A stretch of DNA of 64,000 nt from an uncultured Gammaproteobacteria bacterium (GCA_964496095.1 CAZBWU010000005.1:19704-83703), one strand, 5' to 3'; shown: positions 50,715-60,368, counted from the first letter of the stretch. Numbers and translations: made by a program. Notes: generated from the letters alone by a model not told the origin.

Positions 50715-51143
50715 ATGTTCAACGACCCCATCAAAAAAATTACATTTGACTTAGGCTCAGAAAATGATAGTATAGATTTTTCGTACCTCAAAAATCAAGA
50801 AATTTTACATACCCCCGAAGGTCAATTGGCTGTAGATGTGGCTCAAACTGCCGACGAACTCATTGTGGTAGCCGCCATGGCTGGGACGAGGCCAGAGAAT
50901 ATTGAATTGCATTTACACAACGATTTGCTTACCATTCGTGGTGAACGAGTTTCGCCGGTGTCACTTTCGGACGAGCACTTCTACCAAGAATGTTATTGGG
51001 GTAAGTTTTCTCGTAGTATTATTTTGCCGGTAAATGTTAAGGCAGAAGCAGTGCAAGCGCAGTATAGTCACGGAGTGTTGACTATTAGATTGCCAAAAGT
51101 TAACCGTGGCAATGATATTCCAATTATGGTAGTAGAAGAATAA
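50715..51143 (+). CDS. Hsp20/alpha-crystallin family small heat-shock protein
   Basis: Alpha-crystallin domain (LLTIRGER ... GVLTIRLPK). Confidence 0.75.
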   Translation: MFNDPIKKITFDLGSENDSIDFSYLKNQEILHTPEGQLAVDVAQTADELIVVAAMAGTRPENIELHLHNDLLTIRGERVSPVSLSDEHFYQECYWGKFSRSIILPVNVKAEAVQAQYSHGVLTIRLPKVNRGNDIPIMVVEE

Positions 51144-51147
51144 AAAT

Positions 51148-53073
51148 ATGTCAGACGAAGAAAAAGTACAACCAAATTTGGTTGGTGCTAAGAAAAATTA
51201 TATAAAGAAAGCGCTTGTGGCTATTGGCGCTATTTTGATTTTAGTAGCTGTATTTTTTGGCGTTTCGTTTGTTTACGGTAAAGTCTATAAGGATAAAGTT
51301 TTCCCCGGAGTTTATTTGGGACAGTATCATGTAGGTGGAATGACTCAGATAGAAGTCCGAGACATGGTTGAGAATTTTAATAATAGAATTGCCAAAGAAA
51401 GTTTGGATTTTAATTTCAAAAAAGATGATCAGTCTATTAGTTTTAAACTGGATGTTATTTCAGCTGAGGATAGTTCTGTAGAAATGGTAAAAGTAAACAG
51501 TGAGACTACTGCCGCCAAACTCTTGGCTGTAGGCCGACAGGATGGTTTTTGGAACAGTTTATGGCAACCGTTATATTATCGTTTGATTTCTAATCGTTTT
51601 GATTCGGCTGATGTTGTTCTTGAAGACAAGCTTATCTCAAACTTGCAGAATTATATGTTGGCTTTTGGCAATCCGCCTCGCAATGCCAATATTAAAATTA
51701 CCGACTTGATGCCGCTGTCTTATACTATAGAATCGGAAAAAAGTGGTTTTATTTTTGACTACGATGAATTAAAAAATAAAATAGTAAGTCAAATCTCAGA
51801 ATTATCGCTCAAGCCAATTGCTATAACTAAAAAAGAATTTAAACCGGATGTTGTGGTGTCTGATTTAGAACCACTCAAAAGCAAGTTGGCTGAAGTTTTA
51901 AATTATGGCAATTTAGGATTAAATTATACTGATCCTCAAACAGCGGTAAAACGTGACTGGAGCATTGGTCCAACTATTTATACCGATTGGCTGGAAGTGC
52001 GAAAAGAAAACGGTGAGCCGATTTTTGCCTTAAACAAAGAAAAAGTAAAAACCTATTTAGAAACCATAGCTCCATTTGTAAATACTCCAGCCAAAGACGC
52101 AAAGTTTGTGATGGAAGGGGAAAAAGTCAAAGAGTTTCAAGCAAACCAGTCAGGGTTAAGTTTGAATGAAGAAAAGACCTACCAGGATCTTGATTCTGTT
52201 TTTAGAGATAGAAATTATCGTCCGGCTGATTTGGCCAAAACAGTCACTGTCTCTGTAGATATTGTTGAGCCAAATATTGTCATGGCTAATATCAATAATC
52301 TCGGTATTATGGAAAAAATAGGTACAGGCTACTCTACCTTTAAAGATAGTCACACCAATAGAATCAAAAATATTGCTAATGCTGTAAAAAGATTAAATGG
52401 TGTTTTGATAAAACCAGGTGAAGAATTTTCTGCCAATAAATATGCTGGTCCATATACCAAAGAAAATGGATTTTTACCGGAACAAGTAATCAAAGGCAAT
52501 GAAATAAAGCCAGAAATTGGTGGGGGTATGTGTCAGATTGGGACGACTTTGTTTAGGACCGCGATGAATTCCGGTATGCCCATTACCGAACGTCGTAATC
52601 ATTCCTTGGTAGTTGGTTACTATGCCGATCCAGTTAACGGTAATCCTGGCACGGACTCTACGCTTTACGAGCCAAGCGTCGATTTTAAATTTATGAATGA
52701 TACCGGTAATTACTTGCTTTTACAGACTTCAATTGATTATGCAAAACAACAATTGGTGTTTACCTTGTGGGGTAAAAGCGATGGTCGTAGTGGATCCTAT
52801 ACTCATCCAATTGTCAGTAAATGGATACCAGCAGGCGAACCTCAAAATATTGTCTCCAATACTTTGAAACCAGGAGAAACAAAATGTCAGGCTGCATTCC
52901 GTGGGGCGGTTGCTTCTTTTGTCTATACTCGTTTTACTTCTACGACTGAAAAAATAGAAAGAGTCTTCGATAGTTATTATAGGCCGTTGCCAAAAATTTG
53001 TATGGTCGGCGCTTCTGCATCTACCAGTACTCCTGGTTCTGATGTGCCTTTGGACTTGGGAGAAGGGAATTAG
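51148..53073 (+). CDS. VanW domain-containing protein with an N-terminal TM anchor
   Basis: VanW core GGGMCQIGTTLFRTAMNSGMPITERRNHS. Confidence 0.7.
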   Translation: MSDEEKVQPNLVGAKKNYIKKALVAIGAILILVAVFFGVSFVYGKVYKDKVFPGVYLGQYHVGGMTQIEVRDMVENFNNRIAKESLDFNFKKDDQSISFKLDVISAEDSSVEMVKVNSETTAAKLLAVGRQDGFWNSLWQPLYYRLISNRFDSADVVLEDKLISNLQNYMLAFGNPPRNANIKITDLMPLSYTIESEKSGFIFDYDELKNKIVSQISELSLKPIAITKKEFKPDVVVSDLEPLKSKLAEVLNYGNLGLNYTDPQTAVKRDWSIGPTIYTDWLEVRKENGEPIFALNKEKVKTYLETIAPFVNTPAKDAKFVMEGEKVKEFQANQSGLSLNEEKTYQDLDSVFRDRNYRPADLAKTVTVSVDIVEPNIVMANINNLGIMEKIGTGYSTFKDSHTNRIKNIANAVKRLNGVLIKPGEEFSANKYAGPYTKENGFLPEQVIKGNEIKPEIGGGMCQIGTTLFRTAMNSGMPITERRNHSLVVGYYADPVNGNPGTDSTLYEPSVDFKFMNDTGNYLLLQTSIDYAKQQLVFTLWGKSDGRSGSYTHPIVSKWIPAGEPQNIVSNTLKPGETKCQAAFRGAVASFVYTRFTSTTEKIERVFDSYYRPLPKICMVGASASTSTPGSDVPLDLGEGN

Positions 53074-53088
53074 TTGACCATTATCATT

Positions 53089-53260
53089 TGTCATCCTGAG
53101 TGGGGTTAACACCCCCGAAGGATCTCTGTCTGTTTTGTTCGTTGTCATTCCGAACGAAGGAGTTTTTACGACGGAGTGGAGGAATCCCTTAAACTTGGTT
53201 TTTGCAATTATGATGTGTAAGGGATCCTTCGACTCCGCTACGGCTCCGCTCAGGATGACA
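53089..53260. repeat. MITE-like repeat, composite copy F: left half of a B-type copy (53089-53130) joined head-to-head to a full inverted E-type copy (53144-53260)
   Basis: TGTCATCCTGAGTGGGGTTAACACCCCCGAAGGATCTCTGTC, then TGTCATTCCGAACGAAGG...GGAGGAATCCCTTAAAC...GTAAGGGATCC...CTCAGGATGACA. Confidence 0.7.
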
Positions 53261-53900
53261 GAAAAAAATCCACCCCCACCTCAGTAAAGAGATGGGGGTG
53301 GTTTAATTTTATTGGAGGAAAGAAACTTCCCTCCTGAACCGCACCCAAGAAGATGTATTAAAGATGAAAACGAGCCGAAGCCTGTTTGTCCCTCTAACAC
53401 ATCTCCATGCTTGTCGTGGATACGGGATGATACATGTTAGTCTTACTAGTAACTCTATCATGCACTACCCGTTTCCAGACTTGCTAATGTGCGCTTGTGT
53501 CTAATTATTAAAGTATTGTATTTTTGCCTCGTAGTAGTACCGTTTTAGGGGTTCATAACTCTTGTGGCGACTTTGCTTTTTAGACAACTGCGAATTATAC
53601 TATAAATTAATAAATTTGTCAAGGGTATGGAGGGGATAAGACCATTTTTTTGGCTAATTTAAGCGGAAATAGTACTAAAGAATATTATTGACAAAGCTTA
53701 ATTTTTATGACATACTCTGTTATTCGATAATTAAGCGAATAAATAGCTCTTTAAAATTCGATATGGTTCTTCGGTGCGAATAGAGCTTCGTTTATCATTT
53801 GAATATGGTAGTAGGAGTTCTATTCGCACTATAATTACAATCTCTCCTCGGGTATGCCGAAGAGGGATCTCACCCGAATTGAAAAACTGGAGGAGGTCGT

Positions 53901-54224
53901 ATGAGCAACAAGGAAGGGCCGCCTAAAGGGTGGAAAGAGGGTGTCTTCGAGCAAATCGATGCCGAGGAGGAAGATGATGCGCTGGATCGATGGGACAGAG
54001 GCCTGCCGCTTACAGCAGCACAAGAGGCCATTGTCCAGCGGTATAGGACTATGGTGCACAGGATGAGAAGTCTCCCCCCTGTGGAACCGCCTGTTGGATG
54101 GGAGGCGCGCGCTCGCGCCCGGTTCCGCAACGCTCGTGCCCGCGAGCGCCGCCGCATGCTGGCCGTGTGCGCTGTTCTCGTCTTCATCGCCGTTGCGGCG
54201 GCATTCGTGGTGGTCGGCCGTTAG
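53901..54224 (+). CDS. small tail-anchored membrane protein encoded in a GC-rich island
   Basis: GGAGGAGG Shine-Dalgarno 4 nt upstream. Acidic N-terminal domain, an RARARFRNARARERRR basic stretch, then C-terminal TM MLAVCAVLVFIAVAAAFVVVG. GC-rich codon usage unlike neighbouring genes. Confidence 0.4.
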   Translation: MSNKEGPPKGWKEGVFEQIDAEEEDDALDRWDRGLPLTAAQEAIVQRYRTMVHRMRSLPPVEPPVGWEARARARFRNARARERRRMLAVCAVLVFIAVAAAFVVVGR

Positions 54225-54377
54225 ATCGTCGTCACGACGGGAATCGGAGAATCATGTCCACGCTGGGCCACCACGGTCGTGAGATCGAGCTGGCCTGCGT
54301 CCGAAGAGGCGTTGCACTTGCTCAGTGCGCGCCTCACTCCGAATATTTTTTGTACTTTGTAAAAAAGATTGAGGAAT

Positions 54378-54410
54378 AAAAAACTATCCTTCTGTGGATA
54401 GTTTTTTATT
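54378..54410. terminator. bidirectional rho-independent terminator between the GC island and clpP
   Basis: AAAAAACTATCC-TTCTGT-GGATAGTTTTTT. Confidence 0.6.
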
Positions 54411-54423
54411 TTGTAGTTTGTTT

Positions 54424-55023
54424 TTATTTTTCAATCACCTTATCAATCAATCCGTAAGCCAAAGCTTCCTCGGCGCTCATAAAGTTGTCTCTATCAGTAT
54501 CTTTTTCTACCTGCTCAAGCTTTTTGCCAGAATGTTTGGACATTATTTTATTTAAATTATCTTTTATTTTTAAGATTCTTTCCGCGCGGATTTTAATATC
54601 ACTCGCTTGTCCTTCCATTCCACCCATTACTTGGTGGATCATAATTTCGGCATTAGGCAAAGCAAAACGTTTTCCTTTAGCGCCGGCATTAAGTAGAAAC
54701 GCGCCCATGCTAGCAGCCATACCAATACAAATAGTACTGACATCTGGTTTGATATATTGCATGGTGTCATATATTGCCATACCAGCAGTTACTGATCCGC
54801 CAGGGGAGTTGATGTACAACTTGATATCTTTTTCTGGGTTTTGGTTTTCCAAGAATAACAATTGGGCGATAATAACATTGGCGACATTATCATCTACTTG
54901 TGTACCCAAAAATATAATTCGATCTTGGAGTAAGCGAGAATAAATATCATAAGCGCGTTCACCGAAGGTAGTTTTTTCGATGACGGTTGGGATGAGGTAT
55001 TGGGATTTGATTTCTTCTTTCAT
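54424..55023 (-). CDS. clpP: ATP-dependent Clp protease proteolytic subunit
   Basis: [15 protein letters not shown]. Catalytic Ser in GMAASMG. His in MIHQ. 199 aa. Confidence 0.9.
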   Translation of the reverse strand: MKEEIKSQYLIPTVIEKTTFGERAYDIYSRLLQDRIIFLGTQVDDNVANVIIAQLLFLENQNPEKDIKLYINSPGGSVTAGMAIYDTMQYIKPDVSTICIGMAASMGAFLLNAGAKGKRFALPNAEIMIHQVMGGMEGQASDIKIRAERILKIKDNLNKIMSKHSGKKLEQVEKDTDRDNFMSAEEALAYGLIDKVIEK

Positions 55024-55060
55024 ATTGTTATTATTAAGAATTTAGAATATAGGTTACAAC

Positions 55061-55171
55061 TGTCATTCTGAACACCCTAAAGGGTATAAACTCCGTGAAG
55101 AATATTTCCGTTAGCAAAACTTTTTCTCGGAAAGATCCCTTGTCGCCCTTGAGGGCTCGCTCAGGATGACA
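55061..55171. repeat. MITE-like palindromic repeat, copy G (D-type subfamily, oriented toward clpP on the - strand)
   Basis: CTGTCATTCTGAACACCCTAAAGGG...GGGCTCGCTCAGGATGACA. Lies in the clpP 5' region, 38 nt from the start codon. Confidence 0.65.
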
Positions 55172-55194
55172 TTGCAGTTTTTTTATTCTACCAT

Positions 55195-56157
55195 TTACTT
55201 TTTACTCTGTAAATCTACCACGCGTTGCACAATACTTTCAATACTGCCTTCAGCTGTAAATCCAGCTGCCTTTTTATGCCCACCACCGCCAAGTTTTTTG
55301 GCCAGAGCTGCTACGTCTACACCTTCGTGGGTGGTGCGGAAACTGCCTTTAATTTTTCCATCTTCGGTTTCTCGCATAAAGAGAGAAATGGTCGAGTCGT
55401 TAAGTTTATTTAAAAAATTGGAAATGCCTTCGGCGTCAGCATCGCTCGCATTGTATTTTTTTAGATCTTGATTGGTGAGATATGTATAAGCCAATCCGAT
55501 TTCTTCTTTCTTTTTTAATCGCCCCAATACTACTCCCCAAAGCTTGAACAGATTAATAGATTTGTTTTGCATGAGCGATCGATTGATGATAATCCAATTA
55601 GCTCCGAGGCGTAATAATTCTCCAGAAGCGGTCAGGGCGGTATATGAGGTTGCGGAGTTAGTAAAATTATCGGTGTCGGTGATTAGACCCATCAGGAGAG
55701 CGGTGGCCATAGTAGGAGTAATGCGAATAGTGTTGGCTTTGAAATAATTATAGACAATTTCGGTAGCGGAGGCAGATTTGTCATTAACTAGATTAAACAA
55801 GCCGTATTTTTCATTGGTAGCGTGGTGATCAATATTAACAATGCTTGCCGGGTGGTCTTTGATAATCTCGGCTACACCAGCATAGCGTAAGTCGCCACAG
55901 TCCACAACCATGATTACATCAGCGTCTTTAAATATTTTTGGGTCGTTGCTTACGAGATTAATATTGTGCAAGAAGTTGAATTTTTCAGGTACAAGACTTA
56001 GGCAAAAAATTTGTACGGTTTTATTCATTGCTATTAGATATTCTGCCAAAGATAAGGACGAGCCCAAAGTATCACCATCAGGATTTTGATGCGACACAAG
56101 CACGATTTTATTGGCAGTTTGGACATGCCGGTGAATTTGTTGGGCAGTTCTATGCAT
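55195..56157 (-). CDS. nrnA: DHH/DHHA1 bifunctional oligoribonuclease / pAp phosphatase NrnA
   Basis: HQNPDGDTLGS, VVDCGD, NIDHH, GLITDT, GGGHKKAAG. Full canonical motif set. Confidence 0.8.
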   Translation of the reverse strand: MHRTAQQIHRHVQTANKIVLVSHQNPDGDTLGSSLSLAEYLIAMNKTVQIFCLSLVPEKFNFLHNINLVSNDPKIFKDADVIMVVDCGDLRYAGVAEIIKDHPASIVNIDHHATNEKYGLFNLVNDKSASATEIVYNYFKANTIRITPTMATALLMGLITDTDNFTNSATSYTALTASGELLRLGANWIIINRSLMQNKSINLFKLWGVVLGRLKKKEEIGLAYTYLTNQDLKKYNASDADAEGISNFLNKLNDSTISLFMRETEDGKIKGSFRTTHEGVDVAALAKKLGGGGHKKAAGFTAEGSIESIVQRVVDLQSKK

Positions 56158-56276
56158 ATTTTAGTTAACGGACAATTATATAGTGATTATACACCTTTGT
56201 CAACCCTAGCGGTTGTATGGTACAATCTTTGTAGTTATTTTCCTAAAAAGCTAACTAGCTAAGAAGCTACAAGCTT

Positions 56277-59200
56277 TTGGTTATGCATCTTAAGCGTTTA
56301 GAAATAAAAGGTTTTAAATCATTTGCCGAAAAGACTGTTTTGGATTTTTTGTCGTACAAAAATAATCGTTATAGCATTACTGCCATTGTTGGTCCAAATG
56401 GATCAGGCAAATCAAATGTGGCTGACGCTATTCGTTGGGTAATGGGTGAGCAGAGTGTCAAAAATTTGCGCGGTAAAAAAACCGAAGATGTTATTTTTAA
56501 TGGTTCCGAAGTAAAGGGTCAGCTCAGCGCCGCCGAAGTGACCATGGTTTTAGATAATAATTTGGGAGCTAGCGGATCTGCTCAAACCAAAGTCATGCAA
56601 GATTATCCAGAGATTACGGTTTCACGTCGTTTGTATCGATCAGGAGAGAGTGAATATTTGATAAATAATAATCCAGTTCGTCTTTTGGATATCCACATGT
56701 TTTTGGCGCAAGCGCAATTTGCTCAGCATTCATATAGTGTGATTGGCCAGGGAACTATAGATAAATTATTGACCGTCAGTCCAGCCGAACGTAAAGATTT
56801 TTTGGATGAAGCCTCTGGTATAAAAGAATTTCAAATCAAACAGCATCAGTCAAGTCTCAAAATGGCGCGTACTAGAGAAAATTTGGAACAAGCGGAGAGA
56901 TTAGTACAAGAAGTAGAACCCCGCCTCAAAATTTTGGCTCGGCAAGTAAAAAAATTGGAACAGCGCCAAGAGGTAGAAATTGAGCTTCGGGAAAATCAGC
57001 AAAAATATTTTACTTCAGTTTATCTGGCTAATAAGTCGGAATTAGATAAATTTAATCTTACCCTTTCAGGTGTGGAGGTAAATTATCGCCAGACATTTCA
57101 AGAATTAAATGAAGTGCAAACCGAACTTTCTGTTTTGGCTAGAGCTTCTACTAGGCAAGAAATTTTTAATGATTTACAGGCCAAGTTTCAGTTATTGGTT
57201 CATGAAAAAAATGATTTGGAAAGACAGTTGGCTATCAAAGATGGTCAGATGAAAACGGAATACAATAAAGAAGGCAAGCAAAATATTGGTTGGTTGGAAG
57301 AAAAAATAGGCACTTTAAAATTACAACATGATTCTCTTCTTAACCAGATTAGTTTAGCGCAGACTGAAATGGAGCAATCCGCTGATTTTGTGGCTGAACA
57401 GAAAAATTTATTATCACAGATTACCCAAGAAAAGACCGAATCCCAAATAAAATTATCAGCCTTGGATAAACAAGTTTTTCAAGATCAATCAGAGCAAAAT
57501 TATCGCCAGTTGAGCGGTTTGTTTGCGGTGCAATCAGTTTTAGAAAACAAAGACAAATTTGGCACTGTGCATGGCCTGGTGGCTGAGTTGGGTGAAGTAG
57601 AAGAAAAGTTTCGTTTGGCTTTGGAGGTGGCAGCCGGTTCTTATCTTTCGGCGCTGGTAGTAGCCGACGAAGAAGTGGCCAGACTAGGGATTGAATTTTT
57701 GCGTAATAACAGATTAGGTGTCGCTACGTTTTTGCCACTTAGTAAAATTAGACCTAGATTTGTAGATCAGGAAGTGAGCTCCGTTTTGTCTTTGCCGGGA
57801 GTGGTAGGATTGGCTACTGATATTGTGAAGTATGATAATAAATTTTCTAATATTTTTTCTTTTGTTTTTGGTCAAACTGTAGTGGTAGAAGATTTGGTTG
57901 TTGCCAAAAAGATTGGTGTTGGTCGAGTGCGGATGGTGACTTTGACAGGTGATATGGTAGAAAAAAACGGGGTTATGAAAGGTGGCTTCAAGCAAATTAA
58001 AAAAGATGCTTTAGGCTTCTCAACACGGTTGCGTTGGAAAGGAGACAATTTGGCTGAGTCTCAAGCGCAGATTAGTTTGGTCAAACAAAAAATTAATGAT
58101 TTGGACGCTGATTACGAAAAAATAAAAATAAAACTTTTAGAATTTGAATCCAAAAAAGAAATTACCGGTTCTAAGTTTAATCTTTTACAAGAAGAGATTA
58201 AGCGAGTTGGTCAAGAAAAAGGCAGCCTGGAACACGAACTGGCTTTGTATAATTCAGATCCAAAAGATATCGGTCTTTTGTTGTCTGGTTTGGCAGAAGA
58301 AAAAGAACGTCTGCTGGCGCAGATAGAGACCAAAGCAAAAGAAGCGCAAGAATATTCTCAAAAAATAGACAGTTTCAACAAAGACGAAGAAGCTAAGAAA
58401 CAAAAAGTTTTTGCGTTGCAAGATGCCATGCAGAAAAAACAGAATTTGCTCAATGAAATTTTGTCAAAGAGAAATGATCTAAAAATTGAAGTGGCAAAGC
58501 TAGAGACAAAGCAGGAGGCTTTGGCGGAAGAAGTCAGAATCGAACTTGGTATTTCTATAGAATCTTTATTGGAAAAAAATGCGACTGCCGTTGGTTTGGA
58601 AAATATCACTCAGGTCATGGATGAGATTCAAAAATTAAAATATCAACTTAGTTTGATCGGTGGAATTGATAAAGAAGTAGTAGGGGAATACCAACAAAGT
58701 AAAGAGAGGTATGATTTTCTGTCAGATCAGATTAATGATTTGCGCACAGCTATGACTGATCTAGAAAAAATGATTTTGGAGTTGGATGAAATTATGAAAA
58801 AGAAACGATCTGCTTCGTTTAAAAAAATTAGAAAAGAATTCGATCGTTATATTAAAATATTATTTGCCGGCGGTGATGGGGATATATTTGAAATTTATGG
58901 AGAAGAAAAAGAAGAGAATGATGAGGCTGGTTCAGTTGATGGAGTTATATCAGCAGAAGAAGCAATAAAAAATAAAGATAAAGTTTTGATGGGTATAGAT
59001 ATTTCTATCAACCCTCCCGGCAAAAAAGTAAAAAATATCAGCATGCTTTCCGGTGGTGAGCGCACTCTTGCCTCAATCGCTCTTATTTGCGCAATATTAA
59101 GTTATAATCCATCCCCGTTTGTGGTGCTTGATGAAGTTGAGGCGGCTCTTGATGAGGCCAATACTAGGAGGTTTGCCGAGATTGTCGCCGAACTATCATC

Positions 59201-59360
59201 GCAGTCTCAGTTTATTATTATTACCCATAATCGGGTAACTATGCACGCCGCCGATGCTTTGTATGGGGTAGTGATGAACAATGATGGTATTTCCAAATTG
59301 TTAAGCGTAAAATTGGAAGAAGTGCCAAAATATTCTGAAGATAATACAATTATTAAATAA
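56277..59360 (+). CDS. smc: chromosome segregation protein SMC (compact, 1027 aa)
   Basis: Walker A GPNGSGKSN. Long coiled coils. Hinge (GTVHGLVAELGEVEEKFRLALEVAAG). Signature LSGGERTLASIAL. Walker B VVLDEVEAALD. Confidence 0.85.
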   Translation: MVMHLKRLEIKGFKSFAEKTVLDFLSYKNNRYSITAIVGPNGSGKSNVADAIRWVMGEQSVKNLRGKKTEDVIFNGSEVKGQLSAAEVTMVLDNNLGASGSAQTKVMQDYPEITVSRRLYRSGESEYLINNNPVRLLDIHMFLAQAQFAQHSYSVIGQGTIDKLLTVSPAERKDFLDEASGIKEFQIKQHQSSLKMARTRENLEQAERLVQEVEPRLKILARQVKKLEQRQEVEIELRENQQKYFTSVYLANKSELDKFNLTLSGVEVNYRQTFQELNEVQTELSVLARASTRQEIFNDLQAKFQLLVHEKNDLERQLAIKDGQMKTEYNKEGKQNIGWLEEKIGTLKLQHDSLLNQISLAQTEMEQSADFVAEQKNLLSQITQEKTESQIKLSALDKQVFQDQSEQNYRQLSGLFAVQSVLENKDKFGTVHGLVAELGEVEEKFRLALEVAAGSYLSALVVADEEVARLGIEFLRNNRLGVATFLPLSKIRPRFVDQEVSSVLSLPGVVGLATDIVKYDNKFSNIFSFVFGQTVVVEDLVVAKKIGVGRVRMVTLTGDMVEKNGVMKGGFKQIKKDALGFSTRLRWKGDNLAESQAQISLVKQKINDLDADYEKIKIKLLEFESKKEITGSKFNLLQEEIKRVGQEKGSLEHELALYNSDPKDIGLLLSGLAEEKERLLAQIETKAKEAQEYSQKIDSFNKDEEAKKQKVFALQDAMQKKQNLLNEILSKRNDLKIEVAKLETKQEALAEEVRIELGISIESLLEKNATAVGLENITQVMDEIQKLKYQLSLIGGIDKEVVGEYQQSKERYDFLSDQINDLRTAMTDLEKMILELDEIMKKKRSASFKKIRKEFDRYIKILFAGGDGDIFEIYGEEKEENDEAGSVDGVISAEEAIKNKDKVLMGIDISINPPGKKVKNISMLSGGERTLASIALICAILSYNPSPFVVLDEVEAALDEANTRRFAEIVAELSSQSQFIIITHNRVTMHAADALYGVVMNNDGISKLLSVKLEEVPKYSEDNTIIK

Positions 59361-59366
59361 TGCAAT

Positions 59367-59735
59367 ATGAAAATAAATTTTTCTTTTTTTAAAAAATACT
59401 ATGGCAGTATAATTGGTATGATTATTGGGTTTTTGTTGCTAGGTACATACTATTATTTTTCTGAATTTCATACTCCAGTAGGAATGTCTATGTTGCGAGT
59501 ATCTGAAACGGTTGAGACATTAGTGCTTCCTATTTTGACATTAGTTACAATCATAACTGGTCCATTGGCTATAGTCCTTTGGCTATTAGGGAGTATTGGA
59601 GTTTATATACTTCTTACTTTTCATTCTATTGTGACTATCTTGGTGTATGGTTTTATAGGGTTTGGCATCCATTATTTATTTCTTAAAGCTGAGAGGCCTG
59701 GTCGGGTAATAATTGACAAGAATAAGAAAATATAG
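59367..59735 (+). CDS. hypothetical membrane protein
   Basis: Three or four TM helices. No motifs. Confidence 0.35.
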   Translation: MKINFSFFKKYYGSIIGMIIGFLLLGTYYYFSEFHTPVGMSMLRVSETVETLVLPILTLVTIITGPLAIVLWLLGSIGVYILLTFHSIVTILVYGFIGFGIHYLFLKAERPGRVIIDKNKKI

Positions 59736-59862
59736 TATATTTAGCCTGCTCTAATCGTCACTTTTTTTAAACTAAGTTCTCAGTTCTCTGTTATCAGTTC
59801 TCGGATTTTTTTCCGTAGTCTGTGAACTATGAACTGTGAACAGAGAACTATTAAAATTTATG

Positions 59863-60225
59863 TTAACTATTCGCTTACAAAGAATTGGAAAAAAGAACAA
59901 CGCCACCTATCGTTTGGTACTTGCTGAAAAAGGCAGAGATACCCAAGGCAGAAACTTGGAAATTTTAGGTACCTATAATCCTCGCACTAAGGTTAATGGC
60001 TTTTTGCCAAAAGCCGAGCGTGTTAAGTATTGGTTAGAAAAAGGTGCTCAAGCTTCAAACACTATCCACAACTTGCTTTTGAAAGCTGGTCTTATCACCG
60101 ATCAAAAGAAAAAGAAATCAGTATATATTTCTACTAAGCGCGCTGCAAAGATTGCTGAAAAAAAGAAATCAGCCAAACCTGCTGAAGCTCCAGTCGCTCC
60201 AGTTGAACCAACTCCAGCTGCCTAA
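59863..60225 (+). CDS. rpsP: 30S ribosomal protein S16 with a lysine/alanine/proline-rich C-terminal tail
   Basis: MLTIRLQRIGKKNNATYRLV...GTYNP. Start at the internal ATG. Confidence 0.9.
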   Translation, partial: LTIRLQRIGKKNNATYRLVLAEKGRDTQGRNLEILGTYNPRTKVNGFLPKAERVKYWLEKGAQASNTIHNLLLKAGLITDQKKKKSVYISTKRAAKIAEKKKSAKPAEAPVAPVEPTPAA

Positions 60226-60368
60226 CTTTATTCTTGCACAGTTTTTTCAGATTTGATATTATATAGAAAGCAGAACTGGAGGGTTCCGACTAAAACGGGA
60301 TCAGGGTCGACCGGCTGCAGTAAAGCAAAATTGAAAGTTGATAATATAATTTACCTTATTGAAAACAT

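Noticed and set aside
53261-53834. tmRNA, RNase P RNA or SRP RNA in the gene-free stretch
   Set aside because: None of the hallmark motifs could be found by eye: tmRNA 3' tRNA-like end with a resume codon, RNase P P4 GGAAAGUCCGG...ACAGAACCCGGCUUA, or SRP domain IV. Left as an unexplained non-coding region.
54098-54379. Second ORF in GC-rich island 2 (internal Met at about 54252, MSTLGHHGREIELACVRRG...)
   Set aside because: It overlaps the tail-anchored ORF in another frame, has no SD, and crosses from GC-rich into AT-rich sequence. Probably not a gene. Not annotated.
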